A stretch of 64,000 nt of DNA from Takakia lepidozioides (taxonomy: Eukaryota; Plantae; Bryophyta): positions 74,462,001-74,526,000 of the forward strand of contig CM060731.1 in NCBI GenBank assembly GCA_030704615.1. Direction: 5' to 3'. Of this stretch, positions 36,603 to 50,300 are shown piece after piece. The notes under the pieces are model-generated. The model was not told the DNA's origin, made no database searches, and saw only the letters and a list, made by a program, of their open reading frames with translations. Made by a program: the position numbers and the translations under genes. Every line of letters starts with the position of its first letter. Position 1 is the stretch's first letter.

Positions 36603-39600
36603 TTAACCACTCCCATGCTTTTCGGTCCGCCTTCCCTCCTTTCGGATTCCTTTTCCCCGACCTTTGGCAGCTCTGGTATTAGCCCATATGTGGGTACTAA
36701 GTTTTCGGCGACTCGAGCGATCACCAACGAAGTGATGAAACCAGCTGATCACTTCTCGTTTGGTGATTGTTTTTAAAGCTGCAGCTTCCAACTTCTGTGC
36801 CTCAAACAAGTACCTGGCAGCAGATAACTAGTTCCAACTTTAGAGGTTGTCCCTTTCCACTTCAGTGGTACAAAGAACTCAAGAGTTTGTAGAGGTCTCT
36901 TTTGAAATAGATGCCGACCTCATCGACATTGCAACAAGGGTTACCACACCAAGATAGATCCTTCTGCACAAGAAGACAAGGGCCTGAGCGCACAGACCAG
37001 AGCCTTGTATAACATCTATTGTACCCCGGGGATTCATAAGTTAACTGCACAAATAAAGACATTTGTTCTGCTGGACCATAAACCTCTGCAATCAGCGGAA
37101 AAGGAGGAGGTTTAAAGTCACAGCATCATGCCTTTTGTCCCAGATCTCATCCCAGTGACGGTCACTTTCCTCTAGTAAAGAATGGTCCTTCTCCATAATC
37201 TCCTCCACTAGTGCGTCCTTATAGCTTTTGAATTCCTCATGTGTTATCTTATTCTGCCCATTCTTTCTGAATCAGTAAAGTGACACGTACATGGAGCCAA
37301 CTTGAATACAATGTATCTATGGTGAATGTGCTGTAGCTTTGATTTGATAAACAACGAGAAGAATAGAGCCAAGTTTATATTTCAACCACTGCTATGAAAG
37401 ATGGAACAAGAGCAAGTCACAGATGCTAACCAATATTTTGGGTAGCATCGCTATGAAGGCCTTGATACGACGCTCAATGAAAGGAGGGCTGAATTTGGAG
37501 GACTGCACACGGAAGCAGAAACCCAACATTCGGCATGTGTCGTCCATCCCACAGTCCACTTGATAACCAAGCTGCTCCTTTGTTCTGCAGTTTGCCAACC
37601 CATCCGAAGCCTCTAGTATGGACTCTCTGACATCCTAAAGTCTTTTATTTATCATAACTGCTTGTAGTCGACCTGATCTGACAAATGATTCTGAACTGAA
37701 GGGAACACCTAGCAAACATAGGACTCACAACTCTTTGAGTGCAAATTGATCTTGCAGGTTGCAGGCACCAACAGCACTGTATATTACTGTTAAAAACAGA
37801 TAGAAAGATTAGGCGAGCATGAGCACCTCGGCCATGACTCTCGCCCATGGAAGTGTCTTCATATATTTCTAGATCAACTGATCTTTCAAACCACACATCC
37901 CCTTTGTGAGGACTTTTTGGAAGGCCATTCTACTCGGTTTCTATCAAGTGTGCCCAACAGGATTAGCATATTGACCAACAGAGTGACTAAACGATTGAAT
38001 GTATTATCTCTGCCTTACCCCACGTCCAAAAAGTCAGGGTAAAGACATGGGCCTCAGAAGAACGCGAACAGACTAAAAAAGAATAGCAAGAACAGACCTG
38101 AGCTGATTGAAGCAGGGCTCGTAAACTATTTGCTGAAACAAATCAACTATCCCTAGCATCCGTATGGACTGCTTTCCCAGGTTTTGCCCCACTTGGAAGT
38201 ACATCTGCCAATCACAAAAAAACAGGAGACTAAGAAACATTAGAGAAGAAATGAACTCGCTGATCGTCCCCTACCAATTTTGACTCATAGGGAAACAGCC
38301 ACCTGCCTTTGAATCGGAAAGAAGCTGCAGCCTGCCAATGCAAATATCACACCCTCCTGGACAAGTAATGCTGAAAACAACCAGAAGTTTCTTTGGTGAA
38401 TCCTCTCAATGAACAGTTCTGACTTTGGTTGGTGATTCAAAGACGATGTGTGACGTCCATTAGGTCAGTACCTCAACTGCAGAGTTTCTCTCAGACTTAT
38501 TCTTCACATTGGCACTATACAGTAGAGAGCTTCCAGCTGGGAGTTTCACAAGACGGTCTTGACGCCGCAATCCCCTTGTTGGCACATTCCTAACCATAGC
38601 TTCTTTGAAAATGTTGGCAATGCTCAAGGCCTCCTGTTCTGAAAGGTTTCCATGGCACAAAGCTTCAATGTACGTCTGGCATTCCAATCCCACATCAAAC
38701 ACTAAATATCTTATTGAAGGTCTCTGCTTTAAACAAATTAGCTTGAAGCAGTCTTGGAATTGCAAGAGTGAAAGTCACACACTGATGAAAATACGAAGGC
38801 TGAAAGATATGTATCTGTATGTTTGAGAGCTGGACGCACCTGATTGAGAATGTGCGGGATGAAGTCAGTCAAGTCGGAGACACCTAGTGAACGAAGACAT
38901 TTGAGTTTGTCGTCAACGTGCCAAAACCTTTTCTTCAAGGCTTGTAGTCTAAGATAGGTGGAATGCTTGAGAGGCTTCATGTTGGCATTCTGGTAAGCCT
39001 GCTCTAGATTTTCCTTGATCACCTACACAATCCGACAGCAGAACGGTGTAACCCAAAATGCCCTCAGTGTAGCCCCAAGGATGCTGGTACAACTTCAGAG
39101 AACCAAAATAACAGAGCGGAATACAGCTGTCACCTGAAAGCTGTTGTCCCTTGGAACCAGAGTGGTAAGATTCTTGACAACTTTCTGAGCAAGGACCAGA
39201 AGTTTCTCATTGAACCCAAAAAACTTCAGCTCTAGCTTGCCTCCAGCCACTGTAATCGATGACTCAAGCTTTGCGACATTGGCCTGGACAGAAACAAACT
39301 GAATGAATTTGGTTTCCCAATATTCAGAGCACATGCCCACATCTACATCAATTAGTCATCTGAGCTCCTGGCTATTCAGTCCATCTCTGGTGGACTCTCT
39401 ACTAGTCTATTATTTCTTTCGGGGGCCCCAAGACAGTTCTTCTTTAATTTCCAAAGAATGATAAATATATCCAGAACAATTTGTTACACAGAACTATCAC
39501 CTTTTGATGTGCTACCAGATGTCATCCTCACAAAGCAGGACAGGAACAGTCCGAGGAGAGAGAATCTCAGAAAATACATATGCAACGGACATGAGGACCA

Positions 39601-42600
39601 GCAGGGAGCTCACAGAAAATTCCCAATATTATAAAGACACACACATCATAATCAGAGATAAATGCCTCTCACACCTTCCTACCTCCCCACTAAGCTCACC
39701 AAACCCCCCACAAAGGTATTACTCCTAAGTGGGTTCTCAAACTCTATGTATCGAGACAGGCAGATGGAATAACTCACCTCATGAGGTTCGCTTCATTCCA
39801 GTATATACTGCCAAAGATGAGAAGACTGAATATCATTTTTTTTTCTCCTGCCTAAATTCTCCAAGATCAGGGCAGATATCTGCCCTTCCAGAGATTCCTC
39901 ATCCTTGGCAGAAACCTTCAGCTATGAGGACCCTAAGTGCCTAGCCGCTTCCCTGCATAAAACACTCTGCCTCCCAGCGACACTTTGGGCTCTTTTGACT
40001 TTTAGGTTTCTTTAATCTACTGTCCCATAGGCCCTCAGGCCTCCTGTGGACATAATGTCTTGATTTCTCTACCCTGGGGGACAAATTTTACAAGTCACAA
40101 ACTCATTAGAAAGGTTGCTTTCAAATAGCCCAACCATTGCCACATCCTCACCAAGTAGAAAGTCTCTTGGAGTTCATGCTCCAGCAAATCTATATACATG
40201 TCCGTCAACACAACAGCCTTGATGCTCTTGACCACTGCTGGACAGGCCACTAAAAAGTATGTGTTTGCCCTGGGAGTGTTGAATGTCTGGTCAAGCTTGT
40301 ACCAAACTTTCCTTGCTGGTTCATCAAGTAGGATCCTCGGAGCATCAGACGGGTTGTTCCTCCCCTTACGAATGGTAAAATCATGAGGAATGAACTCATT
40401 CACCACGGGGATGTGCAGGGCAGGGTTGATATGTGGCGGGTCTGCCCACACTTGGAGGAGATCAGCAGGTAGGTTTGAAACAGTGTAGGGCACCCCAAAC
40501 CATGGCTCTATCTGCACACCTGGCAAGTCCATATTGGATGTAAATATGGGTAAAAGGGAAGATGCTGAAATAGTGCCCCCCTAGCCTGGATGCATAGTGA
40601 TGGACCTGAATAAGCATGCACGAGAGCTATATATACAACAATTATATACAACGTCCATTACAGACTTGGGATAAGTGCTACAAGGAGTTTCCAGCAGAAG
40701 ACAACAGATACCAATAGCTATGACTAAAGTGTGGGGTGAGGGGCAATACCGGGAGATTTATGTTCAAAGAGCTTGGTCATAATATCTAGGCGCATGTTAG
40801 ATGGAGCAATTCGACACAGCAGATCAGCCACCAGCTTTGGATCCCACTGTTCAAAAGCGTAGTCTCCATATATGATATGGGGTTCCGTGTACAAGTGCAT
40901 GTTTGCTGCCACCAATTGATCTCACACATCATAACCACATGCAAAGAAAGAGAGCACATCCACAGGAATGGATAAGTCATAGAAACTAAATAACAAATCA
41001 AACCTCAAACGTCGCACGAAGAAAAAAATTACATCCTTGGGAGAGATTTACTCATTTCCCATTTCCAGGGTATGGGAACCCTAGATTGTCATGGTCTTCA
41101 TGTACTATGACTACAGTTGGGACGTGGTAAGTTCCAACCTAACAATGCTTGGAAGACTGCCTCATGAAGGTATGCTGCGGTGTAGGCTACATACAAGCAA
41201 GGTGCACAACATAGTCATCAGTGGATTCTTCCTCAGGAAATCGAAACTCCATTGCAGCAATGGACTGAAGTTCCTTGAACACCCAGTTCTGGGGCCCTAC
41301 CATCCGCAGCAATTTCATGTACTGATAGAGGAGCCCAACCACCTTCAAGACCTGCCCATGGCATGGAAATGTACAACTGTGGGTCTTGTGTTGCAACATA
41401 GAAAAATGCACTTCCTGACTCCTCACATTGATTTTTTCAATCTAAGGAATAGATCATGCAAAGAGGTACATAAACAATGTGACTATTACTATTCCAACCT
41501 AACTCCATACACTTAGGAAGCATATTACATGTTTAAGGCCAGAGACGGTGAGATGAATTGTAATGTTGAACATGTAGCCTGCACTATTCTGATCATAGCC
41601 GCTCTCTCCAATCCCAGCCGTTGTGTCCGTTGCCCACCCTTTCACCTTCAGCAGTGATAGTAAGCTACCAGCACCCTCTGTCAGGAACGCAAGCAATGTT
41701 TATGTTTGTAAAAGACTGTGTCTCTCAGTTGAAGGGCTCAATGGAGGAGTGAGGTCAATCATGAGGCAGTAGCAACTGTGATACAGATGCCCTCAAGGCA
41801 GATCCATGAACCTTGAAGAACAAAGACAGAAGACACGGAAATTTTATCATATCTGCGGGAGGCCCAAAGGGCCTAAAGGACACAAGGGAAACATACACAC
41901 TTAGGGGAGCTATCACCATACCATGGCCAACAAGGTGGGAAATGTAGTCTTGCGGCTTTCTCAGGTAGGCACTTTCAAGGCAGGGAAGAGGCCACGTCAT
42001 AACCACCCAGTGCTGATCCTCAACAGACTCAACTTGATACATGTGACCGGACTCCCATATGGGGCCATTCCAGGGGAACCGTAAGCGTGCTTGACCCCCG
42101 TTACCAACTTTCCCAAAAAGTTCCAACACCCAATCCTTGAGGATCTCCAAGGGTTCTGGAAGGACACAACACAAAACGTTTTTACGTTTAAGGTGACAAT
42201 CATATTTCTAATTCGATCCTCAGTATCCACTCTGTGTCTTGTCTCCAACCCTTATCACTCAGAAATTATCGATAATCCAATACAAGGAGACTAAACAATG
42301 GAAAGATTGACTACTGCTCAATTAGTAGTTATGAGTTGATTTTCGAAGCAGGCATGCCTTTCCACATATAACAATGATAGGTGGGGGACAGACAAATGAG
42401 TGCTTACCACCCACCTCCGCCAAGAACCACCAGTTTCATGTGTCCAGCCTTATAGTGGTCATTGTAAAGCTGTAGCAGTTTTGCTCTCATGTCCACCCCT
42501 CTCTTCATGGGCTCACTCAAACTTTTTCTGTTGCCTGAGACACCAGTTATGTAATGGCAGGGATGAATCATTTAAACATCTTGAAGACAATAAAACCAAA

Positions 42601-45600
42601 TCCAGTAGAGCCCCTGAACTGCACCACTTGACGTTTGCACCTTGAAGCCATGCAATATCAACCCTGCAGTGCTCCTCATGGTGATAAATGTTGAGCTACT
42701 GTGCAATTTTAAGGAAGCTATTACCACAGAGAACACTCAATTGCTGAATATATGTTCCCAGCTGTAAAACAGTAGGGAAAGGGATTACCCCAAGAGAATG
42801 TATGGAAGGGGTGGGATGGATTGGCTGTGTGGCACTGCAGCTGCAAAAGACGGGAGGTGTCATCTTGCAGCACTTGCGCAAACTCTGCCCCCCCACAATC
42901 CATAACCAGAAACATGCAAAAGTTTCAGGTAGATTTCCATATTCCTCTTGTGGATGTCCTACAGTGCCGCTCTCTCATCTTCTCTTAACTCATACTTTCC
43001 CGCTCAAACTGGGCGCGGGGTCAATGGCCACAAGGCTACGGCAAACAACGTCTTATGAGTACAATCTTAACTCATACTCATGAAGATAGCTGCACCACAA
43101 TCAAGCAGAGAAATGTACATGACTAAATTATGTCACCTCTAGGCTCACTTGCAAGTCAATGTCAACACCAGCTATGCTTCTAAGGGCAGGAAGTGTCAGT
43201 GTGACAGTGCCTGCTTAAGAAAGCAGAGTTATACAAAGCTATACCAGAATCTATTGCCTGGACTTCCCGCTCCATCGCATCAGCCTTTACCAACGGTGAG
43301 ATGAAAAACTGTGAGAACCTGCATTCCAGATCCATGCAAATTTGTTTAATCAGGAAGAAGAGGTGTAAAACGGCTCTCCTGCTATCAAGATAACAAAGAT
43401 AGATTAGGGAACAGTCAAACAGAAATGGTCGAGTGTGATGTTTCTCACAGCATTTCATATTTCGGGCCTATAGAAAGGAACTCATGACCTATGCAACTGC
43501 AGAGAGTAATATACAAGAAACAGAGAGAAAAGTAAGACTTCAAACTGGAGGAGTTCAAACTTGTTTGACAGTCAATTGCTTTCAAATCTGTCAACTAAGG
43601 GATACTTATGTGAATCAATGCAAAAATCCTGACCTGTCCAACGCAGGTTTTAAATGTCTATGGCCAACATCGAAGTGGTAACAAGTGGTTTCTGTTTCAG
43701 TGAATGCGTTGGATGCACCCCCATGTTTGGATAGAAAATTGTCATACTGCAGGAGCAGAGCAGCCCACCCTTTTTGTCAGATTTGCAAGTTCCACATATA
43801 AATGCAGCTTATTTGCATGAGGCACTCCATCTCCAAGCAAAGTTTGAGGTTCTTTGACATGCTGTTCCAGGTTTTTTCGTGTAGTTCTGTGTCCCTTGGG
43901 CCTTCCACCTTCCCCAGACATTATGAGGTTGCTTCTTTCTTTCTTTCTATCTTTCTTTCGTTATAAAGTACCATTTCCATTTCCATTTCTTCATTTCTCC
44001 TTTTCTTCTGCTATGTTCATCGGCCCTCTGACCCTCCTGTGGGTCTACGAATTTCTTTCTTCTTCTCTCCTTACAGTACTTTGAAGACGTTAGTCAGTTC
44101 TTTTCTTTCTTCTTTTCTCTGGTTCTGCTGTGTACTGTCCCATGGGCCCTTAGGGTTTACTATGGACATACCAAAAGTCTTATTCTTTCTTAATTCTGTT
44201 TATTTCTTTCTTCTTTCCACGTTTGGGACTCAAGTTGATGTAAGATTGTTCTGCACATCTCTCCCCCCCTCTCTTCTCAGGAGGTTAGGGTATGGCAAAC
44301 AATGTCTCATGACATTGGGACAATTTAAGTTGGGCCCACATAGTCTGAGAACAGAGACTGGCAGATGGGACAGGCTGCAGCATGCGAATGCCTGTCCTAA
44401 ACAAGACAGGCTGGAGACTGAGACTGGAGCATTTCTTCTCTCGTTTTCCACTCAACTATGAAATCTGGGGTCCCTACTTAGCCTCTTTACGGAAAGCCAA
44501 TCCCTGACATAAGATGCCTTGTGGCATACTTACACTAGGCTTTCTGCCTTATAAAATCACTTAAATTTGAATCATCTACACTTTTCTGAGCTGTCGCGTC
44601 TTCTCCTTTGTCCCGTGGATGTTACAAATATTTACTTCCCATTTGGCAGTTGCAAACACTGCTGCAGGCCAGCCTATGCAATATCTCCGCTACCTACACA
44701 TCAGGAAACCATCACTAACGGCAACATTGAATTCTGCATACGTTCACCAAAGGGAGATGGATACCTCATTCTCGTCTGGGAACTTGGAACTACCCATAAA
44801 CAGCATATGCTCTGCATGCACGTCAAATCAACCTCCTTAGTCAACTCTCATGGTACCTCAATCACAAGTGACTTGATACCCTCCTAAAAGCCAATCAATG
44901 AAATTCAATGATTTTCCTGCTGGTCCCGCAACAATGCTCTTTCTGTCTTGGCTAGCAGTGTGACTGGATGTGCAACCACAGCCACATTCGTCACATCTAT
45001 TTGCAGCTAGAGGGCTAGAGCAGCAGTGCTGAGAATGAAACTCCTGCTTTCTAGTGTATGATGTCAATGCTAGCGGATATATTGACACTCAATTCCAGGT
45101 GTTGCCTCTAGGAGTGTTAGGGAACTTCAGGTTGACTTTACATACCCTGCTGGGCTAATACCCCCCATCCTACACCAGGTTAGTATTGTGCAAGGACTGT
45201 GTATGAGATAGTCAACCTTTTCAGGAACAGTCAATGAAATACAGTCTCTCTCATGTGTCCCATTGCTCTGAGCGAATCGGGCACGGGGTGTATGGCAGGT
45301 AAAGTCAAGCAGTCTCTTCCCCTCCGATCAGTATTAGTACTAACCGAGAAAGTGGGCTAGACCCTGCGCATCCTGTGGATCTGAAAAGCTTCCCACACCT
45401 ACACACATGGCTGCAGCTGCCTGCATGTCATTGCACACTTCACTGTTACATGATGAAAGTCAAGGTTGAGGTTCAGATGCTGCCCAATGTTGCAGATCAA
45501 TACCTTTCCAGAGAAATGGCCAAGGGAAGGAGGACCCTCCTCATAGTTGTCATTTTTCCCACTGTCTTTTCTGCCCGCACCTGTAAGCCCACTCCCAAAA

Positions 45601-46600
45601 CCCACCCAGGGAACATTGACCACTTGATAGAAACCCACCCTAGTGCTAGCATGATTTGACTTCTTGAGCCAGCGCCTCTACTAGACAACTATATGACTAC
45701 CCCAAGTCACATGAGTATGATGCGACTTCTTGAGCACAGATGTAACAATTCCACCACACTCATAATCATTCGCAATCTGGGAAGGTACTATAAAGGATTT
45801 TTTTTCTTGCAAACCTATGGATGCCACAGTCCACAACAGTACCAGTGAGCTTACTCCAGCATCACAGCAGCCATTTCCAAAAACAAAAAGTAGTCTGTCT
45901 TTCCATGAGCTGGGCCTGGATCCTCTTGTGAAATACAATTGAGATCAAGCGTGAATCAGCTTATCATAAGAGACGTATACATACACTATCTACAACAGTC
46001 GACAGATAAGAAAAATATGTAACCATCCTCTGTTTCTTGCTGGGAAAGTAATAAATTTGACATTTCATTATGACCCATAAGTAATCTAGGTTGGGGCTTC
46101 TCTTCGAGCACCTGACCTTCCAAATTCTGCTCAATCCTTGGATAATTGGATAACATTACTGATGAATTTGAAATTTCACTTGAAGCTTCTCTAGATTATT
46201 CACCGAGTAAAGAATGCATAGCGAGTGCATACCCAAATTGGCCATGTGTCAATGTTTGAATTCTGTAGTTTCCTCCAACACCCAAGTGGACAATGTCAGA
46301 AAGTGAGCTACATTGATTAGAGTGGTGGGGCTAACCATGACTACAACAAGCAATGTCAGGATGCACATTGGAGACGGGGGTGAGGCACTCCATTTCATCT
46401 TCCTTTTCCGTGTCCTCGCTGCCTTCCTCATCACCAGAGCTGTGGTCGTCTTCATCAGACCCGGAGTTCTGACCCACCATGGTAGGGTCGTGAACCAGAA
46501 GGACAGAGAGACCATTTGCTAAACGCAGAATTAGATACAAACGCTTATCTGAGGCAGATTTCACTACAGTGGGGCCCTCCATCACCTTCCGCACACCCAT
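36603..46600 (-). CDS. Nardilysin-like / insulinase-family (M16A) zinc metallopeptidase, ~20 exons
   Basis: Exon 1 [28 protein letters not shown] plus acidic tract; [25 protein letters not shown]|[16 protein letters not shown] (HxxEH); HGGASNAFT; [10 protein letters not shown]; YISHLVGH|[11 protein letters not shown]; [13 protein letters not shown]; [10 protein letters not shown]; RRKLSTHIW. Confidence 0.93.
39480..40070 (+). mobile_element. Degenerate LINE 3' relic in a peptidase intron
   Basis: [14 protein letters not shown]...[10 protein letters not shown] (LINE ORF2 C-terminus) followed by a ggccc..ggcc stem-loop tail. Confidence 0.6.
42997..43064 (+). mobile_element. 68-bp 5'-truncated copy of the LINE at 48731-51458
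   Basis: Near-identical to ~51393-51458; 14-bp TSD tcttaactcatact at 42983-42996 and 43065-43078. Confidence 0.92.
43860..44640 (+). mobile_element. Cluster of LINE 3' relics in a peptidase intron
   Basis: [17 protein letters not shown]...LETE; several tgtccc..gggcc..gacat tails followed by (TTTC)n-like tracts. Confidence 0.55.
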
Positions 46601-47331
46601 TGTTATGGCGGACACGGAAAAAACAGCGATAGTGGACAGATCCGAATCGATGGCTGTGGCAGAAGAAAGTCGGGGCGTCAGTCCAGAGATGAAAGAAGCA
46701 CACGTGCTTTATAGATGAAACTAACTCCCTTTCGTTGTAGTTTGGGTTGTCAACTCCGGTTGTGCGAACATGTGACTTAAGAAAAACACTTGGTGGTGAA
46801 AAGGTTTCACGTGATTCAGTTGGCCTGTCGATGCAAGCGTTCAAATTCAGAACCACTTGCCACCCAAACTGACTTCCTCCTCTCTCTGCTCACCAGGAGA
46901 CGTTGTCTGTCGCTTTCTTCTTCTCTCGAGATGGAGCACACGTAATTGACTGCAATATTCTTTCCCGCCAGCCTATCCCTCTTCTCTCTTCCTCTGGATA
47001 CAATGAATTGTATTCCACTTTAGAGCTCTTTACAGCGAAGGACCAGATCTCAGTGCAAAACAGCAAGGGCGTACTAACATTGTCACTGAGCCCAATTAAC
47101 ATCCACGTTCATCTTTGAGGTTACCATGATTTAGAAAAATGTCGGGTCCTGTCGATGTCGTGAAGCTTCTCTCTATCTCTCTATCCCCTCTGGAACGTAA
47201 TAAAACTTTTCCTAATCATTCTTCTATTCTCCCTCCCTCTCACATCCTCCCTGCCATACATCTCCTTCCCATGTGAACAAATTCCCCTGTAGCTCTGAGA
47301 CAAAACACACAAACTTCACATCTCCCTACCA

Positions 47332-50300
47332 ATGCCTGAAATGGCTCCCACTTCTCCTGCAAGTGCGACATCCAAACCGTCGTCACCCACCCCGGAAACA
47401 CCAGGAACACCGGCTAAGAATGAGAAAAAATTGATCAGAAAGAAAGGCGAGAGGGGATGTCCCCCCTCGTCTCACCATCCGGACGTGCCACCCCCATCCC
47501 TCATAATCGTGTCAAGAGCCTTGCGGCCTTACCAAGTTCCTGCCAAGAGATGGTCTCTCAAACCATCCCCACGTCCGCATTCAGAGTTTCACGACGAAGT
47601 GGGGAGGATGCTGGTGGACGGCAGCAGTGGGGGCCGTTATGTGGGCGACGTGATGGGAGGGTTGCCACACGGTCACGGCCAGCACTGGATTCCCAGCCCA
47701 CCCAAGAAGAGCTTGCGTTTGCTGTACGAGGGAGAGTGGGAGTATGGTGGCAAGTGTGGCACCGGCTGGTATTTCTACGTCAATGGACAGGTACTCAATT
47801 CTGGTCAGCTCATGGGCCTCGTTAGCCATGTGCATTGTTGGAAATTTCTCAGTCAGAACTCGTGCATCTCTCTACTCTCTTTGTTTCCTGTTCTCTCTCC
47901 CGCATGTAAGCTCTACGAGCTTCTTGCCAACTTTGTCATGTCATTCTTGCCTTCTTCTGGTATACTGCCTCTAAAAGTGTGTTCTGTCTCAAGAAGAAAA
48001 TCTCCCCACATGCAATGTTGGACTGTGAAACATTACTGAAGCCCACTTGCCATATCAAAAGACCAAGAGGGAGGAAGGGGGGAAGGGAGGCATAGGAGTA
48101 CAGAGGAGCTGTTCACTGGGGGGAACACCATGGGCGAGGCGCCATGCGGTATAACGATGGCTCCATCTACGATGGCGAGTGGTGTAAAGGCCGCAGGCAT
48201 GGGATAGGGACGTACGTATGTGTTGCCTCCCCCTCTTCACCCCATTCTACTTTGAAACATTTCAAGACAAAGATTCTTGCATTGCATTCACTCAAAAGAC
48301 ATAAAGAAAGGAACCTCATACCTGAGAAGGAAAGATACTTTTCCAAGCAATTTTCACTCCCCAGCTCTATGTTGCTTTGCAAGCTTGAGCTGCAAGTACC
48401 GGATTGCAGTGAGGACAAATGTTCTGGAAATTGCTGACAGTATTACAACGATGGTGAATGCTACATTGGGAATTGGACCAAGGACAATAGAGATGGGTGG
48501 GGCACCCATTACTGGCCAGGCAGGAGGCGGAAATACGAAGGTGAATGGAATGGTGATGATCCCATATGTGGTGGGTGTTCAACGATGACAGCTCTTGAAT
48601 ATGATATGCTTCTTGACAGCCCACCCAACTGGCCCACTGTATCTTCTGAACTTCTCAAAGATGGCCCCCCACAGGAAAAAGTGCAGGTCAGCAGAAGAGC
48701 CTTACCCTCAACAGCCATGTCTTTTCCCTCATGTCCAGGCCTTGCAAGAGGCTCTCCCTCATTTTGTCCAATCGCTCCAAGAACTTCAGTCACGCTCTGT
48801 TAACGCAAGAAATGAAGTCGAAAGAGCAGTGGACTCTTGGGAGAGTTTCGTTTCCTCCGTGGCTGACAAGATCATTGGGAGGAAACTAATTGTCTGGGGT
48901 AGAGCAGTTAATTGGTGGACTAATGAGATTAAACTCAAGATAGCTGAGAGACGAGCCCTCTATAAAGAGTGCTGCAATTTGGAACCAACAGAGAATTGTG
49001 GGCGAGGTACTACCAGCTCCGTAAAGATATCAATCAGCTTGTTAGGTCTCAGAAGAAATTATACTGGGACAAGTTATACAGTGAAATAAACTCAAACCAC
49101 CATGGTGGTAATGACAAAAAATTCTGGTTGGCCCTTCAACGTTTGTACAAGCCGAAAAACGGTCAGCAAGTACAAGCGCTGAAGACTACTAAAGGTGCAG
49201 TGGTGACTTCATCGGTTGACATTGTCAAAACCTTTGAAACTCACTACAGTATCCTTGGCAGAACTTCTAGGTCTAACAGTGAGGGGTCTTCTGCTGAATG
49301 AAGGGACACAGTTGGAAAAACTGTTCCTATGATTCAAAACAGCCCTGATGAACTGGAGTATATTTCAATGGCTTATAATGCTCCCATTAGTTCTTCTGAG
49401 ATTGTGGAAGCAATTGAACATTTAAATGGATATAAAGCTGGTGGACCTGATGGTATTGTCAACGAGCTTATCAAGCACGGTGGCGATCCCATGATAGAGG
49501 CCCTAGTTCTCCTCTTTAACCTTATCTGGAAGACTGAAATGATCCCCTTTCGCTGGCGACAGGGGGTCATTGTCAATCTATACAAGAAGGGTGACAGAGA
49601 AGAACCGGGGAACTACCGTGGCATCACGCTCCTCAATGCTGTTGGCAAGACATTCTGCAGAGTTATAAGTACTCGTCTCGAGGTTGATCTGGAGTCTAGA
49701 GGTTGTTTCCACGAAGGCCAAGCTGGCTTTCGGCGAAACAGGGGCTGTGTGGATCATATCTTCACTCTAAGCCAGATTATCCAGGGAAGGAAAAAAGAAG
49801 GGAAACCCACTTATGTCTTTTTCCTGGATGTCAAAAAGGCTTATGACACAGTGTGGAGAGATGGCCTATGGTTCCGCCTCTGGTCTTGTGGGATCAAGGG
49901 AAAGATGTGGAGAGTTGTCCACAACTTGTATGCTCACACCAAAAGCTGTGTCACTGTTAACGGACAGAAGTCCAACTTCTTTGACATAGACCAAGGTGTA
50001 GCTCAAGGATGTACTCTCTCCCCTCTGCTCTTCAATGTTTTCATCAATCAACTCCTCGAGGATGTGGAAAGTGAGGGATTTGGGTTAAGGGTGGGTGATA
50101 CCACCATACCAGCCCTTATGTTTGCGGATGACTTCGCAGGCATAGGGGAGACTCCAACCAATCTCCAGGAGTTGATTGATTGCGCGAAGAGATACTTTGA
50201 TCTTTGGGGCTAGAGGCTAATGTCAGCAAATGTGCAGTGGTAGCATTCAACGACAGAGGAGAGGGAGGAAGTGATCTTAAGTGGCAGTGGGGTAGCCAAG

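Noticed and set aside
36550-36610. Possible frameshifted C-terminal extension of the peptidase ([14 protein letters not shown])
   Set aside because: The resemblance to family C-termini is too weak to call without an alignment.
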